From contig CAVTDR010000006.1 of assembly GCA_963733535.1 (NCBI GenBank), positions 1,926,775 to 1,990,774 on the forward strand: a stretch of DNA of 64,000 nucleotides, in the 5' to 3' direction. The DNA comes from an uncultured Bacteroidota bacterium (GTDB taxonomy: Bacteria > Bacteroidota > Bacteroidia > Bacteroidales > UBA10428). This document shows positions 19,898-31,784 of this stretch, one piece after another. The position numbers and the translations under genes were made by a program. The first letter of the stretch is position 1. The number at the start of each line of letters is the position of its first letter. The notes below the pieces were generated by a model. It did no database searches and had not been told where the DNA came from. It was given only the letters and a program-made list of their open reading frames with translations.

Positions 19898-20460
19898 AAA
19901 TAAAATCAATGAAATATGAGGATTTCAAGGATAATGAAACTCTTGAAAGCCTCAACAAAACAGGTGGTAATGTAATTCTCAGTACCATTGATGATATCAT
20001 CAACTGGGGCCGGTCAAATTCGGTTTGGCCACTCACCTTTGCCACCAGTTGCTGTGGTATTGAAATGATGGCTGCAGGCGCACCACATAACGACTTTGCC
20101 CGGTTCGGGGTTGAAGTATACCGCGCCAGTCCTCGTCAGGCCGATGTTATTGTTGTTGCCGGAACCATAGTTCATAAAATGGCACCGGTATTAAAACGGT
20201 TATACGATCAGATGGCTGATCCTAAATATGTAATTGCCATGGGCTCGTGTGCAATCAGTGGCGGGCCTTTTTATTATAACTCCTACTCCGTGGTTCGGGG
20301 CGTAGATCAGATTATCCCAGTGGATGTTTTTATTCCGGGTTGTCCGCCCAGGCCAGAAGCTCTTTTGTATGGGATTATGCAGCTACAAAGAAAAATTAAA
20401 ACTGAAAGAAATTTTTCCATAAGCAAGAAAAATCCTCCTGCTGAACCGCTTACAACTTAA
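19888..20460 (+). CDS. nuoB: NADH-quinone oxidoreductase subunit B
   Basis: [18 protein letters not shown] and CPPRPEAL are the N2 cluster motifs. The start could instead be the MKYEDF Met at 19909. Confidence 0.9.
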   Translation: MGIKIKSMKYEDFKDNETLESLNKTGGNVILSTIDDIINWGRSNSVWPLTFATSCCGIEMMAAGAPHNDFARFGVEVYRASPRQADVIVVAGTIVHKMAPVLKRLYDQMADPKYVIAMGSCAISGGPFYYNSYSVVRGVDQIIPVDVFIPGCPPRPEALLYGIMQLQRKIKTERNFSISKKNPPAEPLTT

Positions 20461-20463
20461 AGT

Positions 20464-20919
20464 ATGGATTCAAATCTCCTGAAACAAAAATTGCAGCTTC
20501 TGTTGCCGGATTTAACATTCGCAGAAAATTCGCAATATCCTGAATTACTAATACCTTCAGATCAGTTGCATGAATTCTGTTCCATGATTAAAACCGCTGT
20601 CGATTTAAAATTGGATTACCTCATGAGTGAAACAGCAGTTGACTGGAATACACATTTCATGATGGTTTACCATATTACATCCACAGAATACCGGCATGTT
20701 CTTGTGGTAAAATCACGCATAGACGACAGGCAGAATCCTCTTATTGATACTGTTTCAGACCTTTGGAAAACGGCTGAATTTCATGAACGGGAGGTTTTTG
20801 ATCTTTTTGGAATTGTCTTCAGGAACCATCCGGATTTAACACGTTTGTTTCTGGAAGATGGATATGGGTTTCCCTTACGAAAGGACTTTACGGATGAATC
20901 ACGAATGATTGTGAAATAA
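20464..20919 (+). CDS. nuoC: NADH-quinone oxidoreductase subunit C
   Basis: WKTAEFHEREVFDLFGIVFRNHPDLTRLFL is the typical 30-kDa subunit motif. Confidence 0.85.
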   Translation: MDSNLLKQKLQLLLPDLTFAENSQYPELLIPSDQLHEFCSMIKTAVDLKLDYLMSETAVDWNTHFMMVYHITSTEYRHVLVVKSRIDDRQNPLIDTVSDLWKTAEFHEREVFDLFGIVFRNHPDLTRLFLEDGYGFPLRKDFTDESRMIVK

Positions 20920-20922
20920 GCC

Positions 20923-22050
20923 ATGCAGGAAGAAACGGTTAAAAATATTATTCTGGGTGAACAGGAAGACTACATCATAAATGTGGGTCCTCAGCATCCT
21001 TCTACTCATGGTGTATTGCGTTTTGAAGTCTCGCTGCAGGGTGAAATCATTCGGAAAATAGTTCCGCATTGCGGCTACATTCACCGGGGTATCGAAAAAA
21101 TGTGCGAAAGGGATACCTATCCACAGATTGTGCATCTTACCGACCGGATGGACTACCTTTCAGCACATATGAATAACGAAGCCTTTTGCCTTTGTGTTGA
21201 AAAGGCACTGAATGTGGAGGTTTCCAATCGCGTTCAGGTGATACGGGCCATGATGGACGAACTGAGCCGTATTGCCTCACACCAACTTTGGTGGAGTGCA
21301 ATGGGAATGGACATGGGTGCACTTACCACTTTTTTTTACGGCCTCCGGGATCGCGAAAAAATTCTTGATATTTTCGAGGAATCCTTTGGTACACGGCTAA
21401 TACAAAGTGTAAATATTCCGGGAGGACTCATGGTTGACATTCACCCGGGATTTCAAAAAAGAGTAAAGGAGTTTATTGCATACTTTCGAAAAAAGCTTCC
21501 TGAATACGACCAGCTATTGACACGGAATGTTATTTTCCGTGAACGTACACAAGATATTGCTGTTATGTCGCGTGAAGATGCCATTGACTACGGTGTTACA
21601 GGTCCTGCCGCCAGGGCTTCCAATTATTCATGCGATATCCGCAAAATCGATCCCTATGGTATTTACTCCTCTATTCAATTCCGCGAAGTGCTCCGTTCCG
21701 AAGGGGATACGCTGGCCCGGTATAAAGTAAGGATTGAAGAAATGGCAGAATCCATGAATATTCTGGAACAGCTGGTAGACCAGATACCGGAAGGTGAATC
21801 TGCAGAAAAAATGAAAGCGGTGATAAAACTACCTGCCGGAGAGTACTACCAAAGAGTGGAAACGGCAAGGGGAGAATTGGGCGTATATATTGTCAGTGAT
21901 GGCAATAAAACCCCTTACCGGGTGAAATTCAGGACACCCAATTTTTCGAACCTCTTTATCATTGGAAAACTGGCTGAAGGATATAAAATCGCAGATCTGA
22001 TCGCCATCAGTGGATCTCTCGATCTGGTAATACCGGATATTGACCGCTGA
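20923..22050 (+). CDS. nuoD: NADH-quinone oxidoreductase subunit D
   Basis: [14 protein letters not shown] ... [10 protein letters not shown] ... C-terminal DLVIPDIDR. Confidence 0.9.
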   Translation: MQEETVKNIILGEQEDYIINVGPQHPSTHGVLRFEVSLQGEIIRKIVPHCGYIHRGIEKMCERDTYPQIVHLTDRMDYLSAHMNNEAFCLCVEKALNVEVSNRVQVIRAMMDELSRIASHQLWWSAMGMDMGALTTFFYGLRDREKILDIFEESFGTRLIQSVNIPGGLMVDIHPGFQKRVKEFIAYFRKKLPEYDQLLTRNVIFRERTQDIAVMSREDAIDYGVTGPAARASNYSCDIRKIDPYGIYSSIQFREVLRSEGDTLARYKVRIEEMAESMNILEQLVDQIPEGESAEKMKAVIKLPAGEYYQRVETARGELGVYIVSDGNKTPYRVKFRTPNFSNLFIIGKLAEGYKIADLIAISGSLDLVIPDIDR

Positions 22051-23170
22051 AACAACTCTAAACATGGGACGATTTCAAATGAACATATCAACGCTTTACG
22101 ACTTTTCAGAACTGACACGCTCCATTGATTCATGGCTGCGGGCTTCCATGTCTGCAGGTTGGGCACAGTTAACTGAACTTTTGCTAATAGGCCTGGCATT
22201 TTTAATTTTTTATGCGCTGCTGGGATTATTTTTGGTGTATGCCGAAAGAAAAGTATGCGCATTTATGCAGAACCGTTTGGGCCCCAATAGGGTAGGTCCA
22301 CTGGGTATTTTTCAAACAATAGCCGACCTCATCAAGCTTTTGATGAAGGAGCTTATCCCTATCAAAAATGCAGATTCTCTCTTGTTTAATATTGCCCCCT
22401 TTATTGTCATCATTGCCTCTTTTATGGCCATTGCAGCCATTCCTTTTTCAAAGGGTCTGCATGCTGTCGATTTTAATATCGGCGTTTTTTATGTGATTGC
22501 GGTTTCTTCCCTGGGCGTTGTTGGTATACTACTTGCAGGTTGGTCCAGCAACAGCAAATATTCGCTCATTGGAGCCATGCGAAGTGGAGCTCAGGTAATC
22601 AGTTATGAATTATCTGTTGGGTTATCCCTGCTTACCATTGTTGTTTTTTCAGGGACCATGCAGTTGTCCGGCATTATTGAGAGTCAGGCCAACGGATGGT
22701 GGATTTTTAAAGGACATATACCGGCTGTTATTGCATTCGTGGTATTTCTTATAGCCAGTACTGCCGAAACCAATCGTGGACCTTTTGATTTAGCCGAAGC
22801 CGAATCGGAACTTACGGCCGGATTCCACACCGAGTATTCAGGGATTAAGTTTGCCTTCTTTTTTCTGGCAGAATATATGAATATGTTTATTGTAGCATCT
22901 ATTGCTGTCACCGTATTTCTGGGTGGATGGATGCCCCTCCATTTTGGAACGGATACGGCCTTTAACCACGTAATGGACTTCATTCCCCCCATTATTTGGT
23001 TTTTTGCCAAAACATTTACGGTGATATTTATTATGATGCTATTTAAATGGACTTTCCCCCGCCTGCGAATTGACCAGTTACTTACGCTCGAATGGAAATA
23101 CCTGCTCCCCATTAATCTGGTAAATCTTGTTTTGGTGGCTTTTTTAACCCTTAAGGAATGGCATTTTTAA
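22040..23170 (+). CDS. nuoH: NADH-quinone oxidoreductase subunit H
   Basis: [21 protein letters not shown] ... [15 protein letters not shown]. The start is uncertain, with alternative Met codons at 22064 and 22079. Confidence 0.9.
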   Translation: MTAETTLNMGRFQMNISTLYDFSELTRSIDSWLRASMSAGWAQLTELLLIGLAFLIFYALLGLFLVYAERKVCAFMQNRLGPNRVGPLGIFQTIADLIKLLMKELIPIKNADSLLFNIAPFIVIIASFMAIAAIPFSKGLHAVDFNIGVFYVIAVSSLGVVGILLAGWSSNSKYSLIGAMRSGAQVISYELSVGLSLLTIVVFSGTMQLSGIIESQANGWWIFKGHIPAVIAFVVFLIASTAETNRGPFDLAEAESELTAGFHTEYSGIKFAFFFLAEYMNMFIVASIAVTVFLGGWMPLHFGTDTAFNHVMDFIPPIIWFFAKTFTVIFIMMLFKWTFPRLRIDQLLTLEWKYLLPINLVNLVLVAFLTLKEWHF

Positions 23171-23174
23171 AACT

Positions 23175-23657
23175 ATGAAAGCCATATTCAATTATATAAG
23201 GGAGATCATTTCAGGTCTCTGCACTTTATGGGCCGGAATGCGGATTACCGCAGGATATTTTTTCCGCCCAAAGGAGATTGTTACCCGTAAATATCCGGAG
23301 AACCGCGATCAGCTGAAAATGTTCGACCGTTATAAGGGTGAGATCATAATGCCCCATGATGCCGGAAATCAGCACAAGTGCATAGCATGCGGAATTTGTC
23401 AGCTGAACTGCCCCAATGGTACTATTGAAGTAATAACCCGTAAGGAGATGAATGCAGAGGGGAAAGAAGTAAAGGTTCTCGACCGCCATATATATCGTTT
23501 AGGAATGTGTACTTTTTGCGGATTATGTGTCAAAACATGCCCGTCTGATGCACTGGCTTTCGGAAAAGACTTTGAAAATGCTGTTTTCGATAAATCCAAA
23601 CTAACCAAGACATTAAATCAACCGGGATCTTCCCTTAAAAAAGAAGTCAAGCAATGA
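23175..23657 (+). CDS. nuoI: NADH-quinone oxidoreductase subunit I (2x[4Fe-4S])
   Basis: CIACGICQLNCP and CTFCGLCVKTCP ferredoxin motifs. Confidence 0.9.
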   Translation: MKAIFNYIREIISGLCTLWAGMRITAGYFFRPKEIVTRKYPENRDQLKMFDRYKGEIIMPHDAGNQHKCIACGICQLNCPNGTIEVITRKEMNAEGKEVKVLDRHIYRLGMCTFCGLCVKTCPSDALAFGKDFENAVFDKSKLTKTLNQPGSSLKKEVKQ

Positions 23658-24166
23658 GTGCCAATATTTTCATGTTCTACCTGTTTTCGGCAACACTGCT
23701 GGTTTTTGCATTGCTTGCAGTAACCAGTCGCAGAATCCTGAGAGCAGCAGCCTTTCTTCTTTTCGCTCTGGTAGCCACCTCTGGACTCTATTTCTTACTG
23801 CAGTATCAGTTTCTTGCCGGTGTTCAACTGGCATTATATGCCGGAGGCATAGTAGTACTGATTATTTTTTCAATTCTCCTTACCCATCATATCAGTCACC
23901 GGTTCGAACGTCCTCCATTGGTGAAAGTTGCTGTCGGGCTAATTACTGCAGCCCTGGGTGCTGCTGTAACCATTATGGCTTTTCTGAATTATCCGTTCAG
24001 GATTCATGAGGCACCGCTTTCCGATCCGGACATGCACGAAATAGGCACAAGGCTTCTGGATACCGGAAAAGATGGCTATGCTTTGCCCTTTGAGGTAATC
24101 AGCATTCTCCTGCTGGCTGCTATGATCGGTTCTATTGTGATTGCTAAAAAAGACAGGAAAGTATGA
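23654..24166 (+). CDS. nuoJ: NADH-quinone oxidoreductase subunit J
   Basis: 170-aa polytopic membrane protein in conserved operon position. Its start overlaps the nuoI stop. Confidence 0.85.
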   Translation: MSANIFMFYLFSATLLVFALLAVTSRRILRAAAFLLFALVATSGLYFLLQYQFLAGVQLALYAGGIVVLIIFSILLTHHISHRFERPPLVKVAVGLITAALGAAVTIMAFLNYPFRIHEAPLSDPDMHEIGTRLLDTGKDGYALPFEVISILLLAAMIGSIVIAKKDRKV

Positions 24167-24480
24167 TACACGGCATTCCCATTACCCATTTCCTCATTGT
24201 AAGTACCCTGGTATTTTTTATTGGTGTATATGGATTTCTGACACGCAGGAATCTGATTACAATGCTTATGTCTATTGAGCTGATTCTGAATTCAGTGAAT
24301 ATTAATTTTGTGATCTTCAACCGGTATTTATATCCGGATCGTTTACAAGGACATTTTTTTGTATTGTTTATCGTTGCCATTGCCGCTGCAGAGGCTTCAG
24401 TTGCCATTGCACTGATTATTAATATATACAGAAGATATACTTCCATCGAATCCGATGATGTAAACAGAATGAAGTATTGA
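24163..24480 (+). CDS. nuoK: NADH-quinone oxidoreductase subunit K
   Basis: 105 aa with three transmembrane segments and LMSIELILNSVN / AAAEASVAIALI motifs. Confidence 0.9.
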   Translation: MIHGIPITHFLIVSTLVFFIGVYGFLTRRNLITMLMSIELILNSVNINFVIFNRYLYPDRLQGHFFVLFIVAIAAAEASVAIALIINIYRRYTSIESDDVNRMKY

Positions 24481-24496
24481 ACCTTTTTCAATTGAA

Positions 24497-26413
24497 ATGA
24501 TGAGTTTATCTTATACCCTATTCATTCCGCTGATTCCCCTGGCAGTATTTTTATTTACCGGGTTGGCTGGACACCGCCTAAAACCGGTTTTCTCAGGGAT
24601 AATTGGTACAACCGGACTTTTTATTGCCTTTATCCTTTCATTGCTTACGGCGTGGAATTATTTTTTTGTGATTCCTGCAAACGAAGGTTACACCACCATC
24701 ATTGCTGTTAAAACAACCTGGCTACAGCTCACCGAAAATCTCCAGATTGATATGGGCATAATGCTTGACCCTATTTCAGTGATGATGCTTGTAGTTATAA
24801 CAACCGTTTCGCTGATGGTGCATATATATAGCATGGGTTATATGAAAGGTGAACGGGGATTTGCCCGTTTCTATGCTTTCCTGTCTTTGTTTACCTTTTC
24901 TATGCTGGGACTGGTTATCGCCACCAACATTTTTCAGATGTATATTTTCTGGGAACTGGTAGGCGTTTCTTCCTATCTTCTTATTGGCTTTTACTATGAG
25001 CGGCCCTCTGCTGTTGCTGCATCCAAAAAAGCTTTCATCGTAACCCGTTTTGCCGACCTCGGATTTTTAATTGGCATTCTTTTACTTTCATACTATACGA
25101 ATACATTTGATTTCCAGGAGTTGACCAATCCTCAGAATCCAGCATTCACAAGTATTGCATCTGCCAGTTTTATGGGTTTTTCCGTCATTACATGGGCGAT
25201 GCTGTTAATTTTCATGGGCGGTGCCGGAAAATCGGCCATGTTTCCCCTGCATATCTGGCTGCCCGATGCAATGGAAGGCCCAACACCTGTCTCAGCGCTC
25301 ATTCATGCTGCCACCATGGTAGTGGCTGGTGTTTTCCTTGTAGCACGTATGTTTCCTATTTATCATTTTTATACGCCTGATGCACTCTCAGTTATTGCAT
25401 GGGTAGGAGGTTTTACTTCCCTTTTTGCAGCTGTGATTGCATGTACCCAGTTTGATATCAAACGGGTATTGGCCTATTCCACCTTATCCCAGATAGGGTA
25501 TATGATGCTGGCGCTGGGTGTATCCGGATTTAAAGGGGAAGAAGGACTGGGTTATATGGCATCCATGTTTCATTTATTTACACATGCCATGTTTAAGGCC
25601 TTATTGTTTTTAGGTGCAGGTTCTGTAATCCATGCGGTTCATACCAATCTGATGCATGAAATGGGTGGATTGAGAAAATATTTACCCATTACGCATCTTA
25701 CCTTTCTGGTTGCCTGCCTGGCTATTGCCGGCATTCCACCTTTTGCCGGTTTTTTCAGTAAGGATGAAATCCTGGTGGCTGCGTGGGAATATAACAGATG
25801 GTTGTTTGCTATTGAATATGCTGTTGCCGGATTAACCGCTTTTTACATGTTCCGGTTGTATTTCGGGATTTTTTGGAATAAAACACCTCATTATCATCAT
25901 ACGCCGCATGAATCGCCGATGACAATGACGTTCCCCCTTGTATTCCTTGCATTGGGTTCCATTTTTACCGGCTTTATACCCTTTGGCAAACTCGTATCAG
26001 CAGACCGGATGCCTTTTGAAACCCATATGCATTATAATATTGCCATACCCTCTATATTGATTGCTGTTTTAGGAATTATCACCGCTTTCATTTTTTATAA
26101 AAAGGAGAATGCTTTATCTGACAAATTAGCGTTGAACCTGGGGTCGTTTTATAAGACCATCTTCAATAAATTCTATATCGACGAACTGTATCTTTTTATT
26201 ACCAAGCGCATCCTGTTCAATTGTGTTTCACGGCCGGTAGCATGGTTCGACCGGCATGTCGTGGATGCTTCTATGAATGGAATCGCTGCCATAGTATCCC
26301 GCTCTTCAGAAAACATTAAAGGTTTGCAATCGGGTCAGCTTCAACATTATGCGCTGGGTTTTATATCAGGCGCCATCATTCTCGTTCTTATTGTTCTGTA
26401 TCATTTGACTTAA
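24497..26413 (+). CDS. nuoL: NADH-quinone oxidoreductase subunit L
   Basis: 638-aa antiporter-like subunit: WELVGVSSYLLIGF and KSAMFPLHIWLPDAMEGPTPVSALIHAATMV. Confidence 0.9.
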   Translation: MMSLSYTLFIPLIPLAVFLFTGLAGHRLKPVFSGIIGTTGLFIAFILSLLTAWNYFFVIPANEGYTTIIAVKTTWLQLTENLQIDMGIMLDPISVMMLVVITTVSLMVHIYSMGYMKGERGFARFYAFLSLFTFSMLGLVIATNIFQMYIFWELVGVSSYLLIGFYYERPSAVAASKKAFIVTRFADLGFLIGILLLSYYTNTFDFQELTNPQNPAFTSIASASFMGFSVITWAMLLIFMGGAGKSAMFPLHIWLPDAMEGPTPVSALIHAATMVVAGVFLVARMFPIYHFYTPDALSVIAWVGGFTSLFAAVIACTQFDIKRVLAYSTLSQIGYMMLALGVSGFKGEEGLGYMASMFHLFTHAMFKALLFLGAGSVIHAVHTNLMHEMGGLRKYLPITHLTFLVACLAIAGIPPFAGFFSKDEILVAAWEYNRWLFAIEYAVAGLTAFYMFRLYFGIFWNKTPHYHHTPHESPMTMTFPLVFLALGSIFTGFIPFGKLVSADRMPFETHMHYNIAIPSILIAVLGIITAFIFYKKENALSDKLALNLGSFYKTIFNKFYIDELYLFITKRILFNCVSRPVAWFDRHVVDASMNGIAAIVSRSSENIKGLQSGQLQHYALGFISGAIILVLIVLYHLT

Positions 26414-26425
26414 TGCATTTTTGTT

Positions 26426-27940
26426 ATGAGCATTTTGTGGCTTTTTATCATCATTCCGGTTCTTACCATCTCTGGGATACTGTTTACCAAAGATGGCAAA
26501 TCAGCACGCATTGTAGCTGCTGCTGGTATGTTTTTGCAACTCATCCTGTCAGTAGTTTTGCTCTTTTTATATTACCATGAACGCAATGCCGGAAACACCG
26601 CTGAAATGTTGTTTGTGGCTGATTATACGTGGTTCCCTTCCCTGAATTTTCATTTTACTACAGGCGTTGATGGAATTGCGGTCTCCATGATTCTGCTTAC
26701 TTCTACAGTTGTCTTTGCCGGGATTTTTGCTTCCTGGGAAATGCAGGATTTAGCCAGGGAGTTTTTTATCTCATTGATTGTTTTGGCAACAGGTGTTTTT
26801 GGTTTTTTTATTTCCATAGACCTGTTCACCATGTTTATGTTTTATGAACTGGCAGTTATTCCAATGTATCTTCTCATTGGTATATGGGGAAGTGGTCCCA
26901 AAGAATATTCTGCTATGAAACTTACCCTGATGCTTATGGGTGGTTCGGCCTTATTGATGGTGGGACTCTTTGGAATATATTATAATGCTACGCTGGCCAA
27001 CGGCCAACATACCTTTAATATTCTGGAAATTGCCCAATTACATATGCCGCTGGCTGCACAGCGCTTTTTCTTTCCTTTTACATTTATTGGGTTTGGGGTA
27101 TTGGGAGCACTGTTTCCTTTACACACTTGGTCGCCCGATGGTCATGCTTCTGCACCAACTGCAGTTTCCATGCTTCATGCAGGTGTTCTGATGAAATTAG
27201 GTGGATACGGCTGTCTGAGAGTAGCTATGTATCTTATGCCATCTGCAGCCCATGAAATGGCATGGATTTTCATTATTCTAACTACCATTAGTGTGGTTTA
27301 TGGTGCTTTTGGAGCCATTTGGCAGAAAGATCTTAAGTATATCAATGCCTATTCTTCTGTGAGTCATTGCGGACTGGTAATCTTCGCACTGCTCATGATG
27401 AATCATACTTCAATGAACGGTGCGGTTCTGCAAATGATTTCCCACGGACTAATGACAGCACTTTTCTTTGCATTAATTGGCATGATCTATGGCAGAACAC
27501 ATACCCGGATCATAAACGAAATGGGGGGATTGATGCGTGTGATTCCATTTATATCTGTTGTATATGTCATTGCGGGTCTCGCTTCATTAGGACTTCCGGG
27601 TTTGTCAGGCTTTGTTGCTGAAATGACCGTTTTTACCGGGGCTTTTCAACATGCGGATACTTTTCACCGGGTTGCCACCATACTGGTGACAACATCTATT
27701 GTAGTTACGGCAGTGTATATTTTGCGTGTGGTGGGTATTTTATTATTGGGCCCTTTGAAAAACGACCATTTTAGTCATCTTAATGATGCGCGCTGGTACG
27801 AACGGCTTAGTGCCGGAACGCTGGTAGTTGCCATTGCCGGTATTGGCATAGCTCCCTTATGGCTTTCAAATCTGATAAGCGGAGGATTGTTACCCTATAT
27901 TTCCAGGCTTACAGCAGCAGTAACCGGTATTAATTTATAA
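26426..27940 (+). CDS. nuoM: NADH-quinone oxidoreductase subunit M
   Basis: 504-aa antiporter-like subunit: FPLHTWSPDGHASAPTAVSMLHAGVLMKLGGYG. Confidence 0.9.
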   Translation: MSILWLFIIIPVLTISGILFTKDGKSARIVAAAGMFLQLILSVVLLFLYYHERNAGNTAEMLFVADYTWFPSLNFHFTTGVDGIAVSMILLTSTVVFAGIFASWEMQDLAREFFISLIVLATGVFGFFISIDLFTMFMFYELAVIPMYLLIGIWGSGPKEYSAMKLTLMLMGGSALLMVGLFGIYYNATLANGQHTFNILEIAQLHMPLAAQRFFFPFTFIGFGVLGALFPLHTWSPDGHASAPTAVSMLHAGVLMKLGGYGCLRVAMYLMPSAAHEMAWIFIILTTISVVYGAFGAIWQKDLKYINAYSSVSHCGLVIFALLMMNHTSMNGAVLQMISHGLMTALFFALIGMIYGRTHTRIINEMGGLMRVIPFISVVYVIAGLASLGLPGLSGFVAEMTVFTGAFQHADTFHRVATILVTTSIVVTAVYILRVVGILLLGPLKNDHFSHLNDARWYERLSAGTLVVAIAGIGIAPLWLSNLISGGLLPYISRLTAAVTGINL

Positions 27941-27953
27941 AGGAGAGTAAAAT

Positions 27954-29375
27954 ATGGATCTTTCAAATTTTATGATCATGCGTCAGGAAGTCTTGCTGGT
28001 TCTGCTGGCTTTACTCATTTTAATCCTGGATCTGTTTTCTACTAATTCCGGGAAGCAACGCATCATCCATATCACTTTGATTTTGTTTACAGCTATTACA
28101 ATTTCCGGCTTTTTCTGTGTGGGAGAAGGTGAATTGTTTGGAGGTATGTATCGGAATAATGCACTGACCATTCAAATGAAGAATATTCTCAATATCGCGA
28201 TGCTGATTATTTTTCTGCAATCGGTTCAATGGCTTAAAAAAGAGGAGATGCAATCCCGTGCTTCTGAATATTTGATCATCCTGCTGTCTACTTTAATTGG
28301 CATGGGCTTTATGATCTCTTCAGGAGATTTTCTGATGTTTTATATTGGTCTGGAATTGGCCAGTATTCCTGCTACCATTCTTGCTGCGTTTGATAAATCA
28401 AGCCAGACCGGACCCGAAGCAGGGATAAAATATATATTCTCATCGGCACTTTCTTCAGGTTTTTTATTACTAGGCATATCATTCATTTACGGAACTACTG
28501 GTTCTATCTATTTTACCGAGGTATTTTCAAATATGGGGACTACCAGTCTGCATTTGCTTGGATTTATTTTCTTTCTGGCAGGCATGGGATTTAAAATATC
28601 GCTGGTGCCATTTCATTTTTGGACTGCAGATGTCTATGAAGGGGCACCTGTTACTATTACCGCTTATCTGTCGGTTATTTCAAAAGGGGCCGCAGTATTT
28701 ATTCTTACCATATTGCTTTACAAGGTTTTTCCGGTGATTGAAACTCATTGGCAAACATTGCTGTATATCCTTGCCGTTGCTACCATGACATTAGGAAATT
28801 TGTTTGCCATACGCCAGAATAATCTCAAACGGTTTATGGCTTTTTCATCTATTGCCCAGGCTGGTTTTATTTTGCTGGGTATATTGGGCGGGGGTCAAAT
28901 TGGAATGACGACTGTTGTTTACTTTGTATTGATCTATGTTTTTACAAACCTGGCGGCATTTGGGGTAATTTCCTCAATATACCAGGAAACCGGTAAGGAC
29001 ACGATCGATTCTTATAATGGACTATATCGCACCAATCCTCTTTTAAGTCTTACCCTGATGCTGGCTTTATTCTCTCTGGCCGGCATTCCTCCGGTTGCCG
29101 GATTTTTCGGTAAGTTTTTCCTTTTCACCGCTGCAGCAGGAAAAGGATATTATATACTGGTGCTGATTGCTGTACTCAATGCCACCATTTCGCTGTATTA
29201 TTATCTTAAGGTAATTAAAGCGATGTTTATTGATCACAATGATCAGCCCATAGCTTTCTTCAAAAGTGATATTTATTGCAGAATCAGTCTGTTGGTTTGC
29301 ATCCTGGGCGTATTCTTCACTGGTTTTTTCGGTGGGGTGTATGAGTTTATTTTCCGTATCACAAAAGTGCTGTAA
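27954..29375 (+). CDS. nuoN: NADH-quinone oxidoreductase subunit N
   Basis: 473-aa antiporter-like subunit: VPFHFWTADVYEGAPVTITAYLSVISKGA. It is the last gene of the operon. Confidence 0.9.
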   Translation: MDLSNFMIMRQEVLLVLLALLILILDLFSTNSGKQRIIHITLILFTAITISGFFCVGEGELFGGMYRNNALTIQMKNILNIAMLIIFLQSVQWLKKEEMQSRASEYLIILLSTLIGMGFMISSGDFLMFYIGLELASIPATILAAFDKSSQTGPEAGIKYIFSSALSSGFLLLGISFIYGTTGSIYFTEVFSNMGTTSLHLLGFIFFLAGMGFKISLVPFHFWTADVYEGAPVTITAYLSVISKGAAVFILTILLYKVFPVIETHWQTLLYILAVATMTLGNLFAIRQNNLKRFMAFSSIAQAGFILLGILGGGQIGMTTVVYFVLIYVFTNLAAFGVISSIYQETGKDTIDSYNGLYRTNPLLSLTLMLALFSLAGIPPVAGFFGKFFLFTAAAGKGYYILVLIAVLNATISLYYYLKVIKAMFIDHNDQPIAFFKSDIYCRISLLVCILGVFFTGFFGGVYEFIFRITKVL

Positions 29376-29534
29376 TCCGTATTTGAAAACATACATACCG
29401 GTTTTTCACATTAATTGGAGAAATTCTGCATGTTTTGTTTAATTTTTGGATATTTTTCAAGAACAAATATTTCATGAAAATGTTTTACTTGAGAACCATT
29501 CCGGAATTATTTCAAACCTATTTTCAAAACAACT

Positions 29535-30350
29535 ATGAATTTAACTTCACTCCTGGATGTTAACCCTGTAATACTCGCACTTTTAGCTACTTTGTTTACA
29601 TGGTTTCTAACAGCTATGGGATCTGCCATGGTATTCTTTTTTCGAACCATCAATAAAAAAATTCTGAATTCCATGTTGGGATTTGCTGCAGGTGTGATGA
29701 TTGCAGCAAGCTTTTGGTCGTTGCTAAAACCAGCCATTGAAATGGCTGAAGAAAGAGGAGACATCCCCTGGGTGCCTGCGTTGATTGGTTTTCTTTTAGG
29801 AGGCGCCTTTTTGTACCTGATAGACAGAATATTACCCCACTTGCATATGGGTCTTAGCAAAGACAAGGCAGAAGGTATTAAAACCAGCTGGCGAAAAAGT
29901 GTGCTTTTGGTATTGGCCATTACGCTCCATAATATTCCCGAGGGACTTGCAGTTGGGATATCCTTTGGAGCTTTGGCACATAATCCCGATGTCGGATTGC
30001 TCACAGGAAGCATTGCTCTGGCTATAGGTATCGGGTTGCAGAATTTTCCTGAAGGAGCTGCTGTTTCTATACCTCTTAGACGAGAAGGATTTTCGCGTTT
30101 GAAAGCTTTTAATTACGGACAACTTTCCGGGATTGTCGAGCCCATTAGCGGTGTAATAGGGGCCTATATGGTTCTTACCATAACACCCATATTACCTTAT
30201 GCCTTGTCATTTGCAGCCGGAGCCATGATATTTGTGGTAGTGGAGGAATTAATTCCTGAATCCCAAACGGGACATGAAACCGATTTATCCACCATAGGCG
30301 CTATGATTGGATTTGCAACCATGATGTTTCTGGATGTTTCATTGGGTTAA
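29535..30350 (+). CDS. ZIP-family divalent metal transporter (ZupT-like)
   Basis: Polytopic membrane protein with [10 protein letters not shown] and [10 protein letters not shown] signature helices. Confidence 0.85.
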   Translation: MNLTSLLDVNPVILALLATLFTWFLTAMGSAMVFFFRTINKKILNSMLGFAAGVMIAASFWSLLKPAIEMAEERGDIPWVPALIGFLLGGAFLYLIDRILPHLHMGLSKDKAEGIKTSWRKSVLLVLAITLHNIPEGLAVGISFGALAHNPDVGLLTGSIALAIGIGLQNFPEGAAVSIPLRREGFSRLKAFNYGQLSGIVEPISGVIGAYMVLTITPILPYALSFAAGAMIFVVVEELIPESQTGHETDLSTIGAMIGFATMMFLDVSLG

Positions 30351-30773
30351 AGGAAAAATCTACGATCCGGAACGACCGGATAACTTCAAAAAATATTTTT
30401 CATTTTATTGAAATAAAAAGAGGCGTACTAAGAAATTCATCTAGAATTTATTAGCAGCCTCTCTGGTATTGATTTCGCCGTTTTTCTTACGCCAGTCCTA
30501 ACTGGTTCAAGTTAAAGGGATATTATCTCAGTTTTCAAAAAACACTCCCAAACAGTGATCATCAATTCCGCATTAGGTAATTCAAGTATTATGCCTATTA
30601 TAATTGTCAGATTTTCAGAAGTGTTTGTTTTTTGGGGTGCGGAGAAAATTTCACATTTGTAGAAATTATTCGACAGACCATATTTTGTATAACTCTTATT
30701 CCGATGAATCGTATTTACAATAATGTTATAAAAAAACAGGTAAATTTAAGCACATAAATCTGATTCTTTTCTC

Positions 30774-31769
30774 ATGATTATTGAAACCAGGGCTTATGCA
30801 CGGGCCGGATTGCTCGGAAATCCATCTGACGGATACTATGGTAAAACCATATCCATTATCGTGAAAAATTTCGGAGCGTCTATTTCTTTGTATGAATCGC
30901 CCGAATTAAAGATTGAGGAAGCCGATGTCGATCTGAATACTTTTCGGAATGTCCATCATTTGATCGATTCTTTGCGGCTTACCGGGTATTACGGAGGCAG
31001 CCGTCTGATTAAGGCTGCTGTAAAGAAATTTGTTGAGTATTGCGATTCGAACAATTTCACGTTAAGACAGAAAAACTTTACCATTCGATACCGGTCGTCC
31101 ATTCCAAGGCAGGTTGGATTGGCAGGTTCAAGTGCAATTGTTACTGCTACTATACAGGCATTAATGCAGTTTTATGAGGTGGATATTCCCATACATATAT
31201 TACCCACGCTAATTCTGAAGGCTGAAACGGAAGAACTCGGTATTAATGCCGGTCTGCAGGATCGGGTTATTCAGGTTTACGAAGGATGCGTATTTATGGA
31301 TTTTAATAAAGATCATCTGACACAAAACGGATTTGGAAAATATGAAGCCATAAATCCGGCTTTGTTACCTAAATTGTATCTGGCCTACAAAGTTGAACTT
31401 GGAAAGGTCTCAGGCACTGTATTAAATAATATTCGTGAGAAGTACGAAAAGGGCGATGCACTTGTGCTAAAAACGTTAGAGGAACTTGGCGATTTGGCCG
31501 AACAGGGAAAGGCAGCCATCAATAATAAAGAATACGAAACCCTCAATGCTTTAATGAATAGAAATTTTGATTTGCGGTGCAAGATTATGAATATTTCGGA
31601 TAGCAATATGGAACTGGTTCAAACGGCAAGAGCCTGTGGTGCTTCTGCGAAGTTTTCAGGTTCGGGCGGGGCAATTATTGGAATGTATCAGGACGATGAA
31701 ATGTTACAGCGCCTCGTTGTCAGATTGCAAAAGATAAATGCACGTGTCATTAAGCCTATAATCACCTAA
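30774..31769 (+). CDS. GHMP-family sugar kinase (glucuronokinase-like)
   Basis: GHMP motif II PRQVGLAGSSAIVTA and C-terminal GSGGAIIG motif. Substrate is not determinable from the sequence. Confidence 0.7.
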   Translation: MIIETRAYARAGLLGNPSDGYYGKTISIIVKNFGASISLYESPELKIEEADVDLNTFRNVHHLIDSLRLTGYYGGSRLIKAAVKKFVEYCDSNNFTLRQKNFTIRYRSSIPRQVGLAGSSAIVTATIQALMQFYEVDIPIHILPTLILKAETEELGINAGLQDRVIQVYEGCVFMDFNKDHLTQNGFGKYEAINPALLPKLYLAYKVELGKVSGTVLNNIREKYEKGDALVLKTLEELGDLAEQGKAAINNKEYETLNALMNRNFDLRCKIMNISDSNMELVQTARACGASAKFSGSGGAIIGMYQDDEMLQRLVVRLQKINARVIKPIIT

Positions 31770-31784
31770 TAATAGAAAATATAC

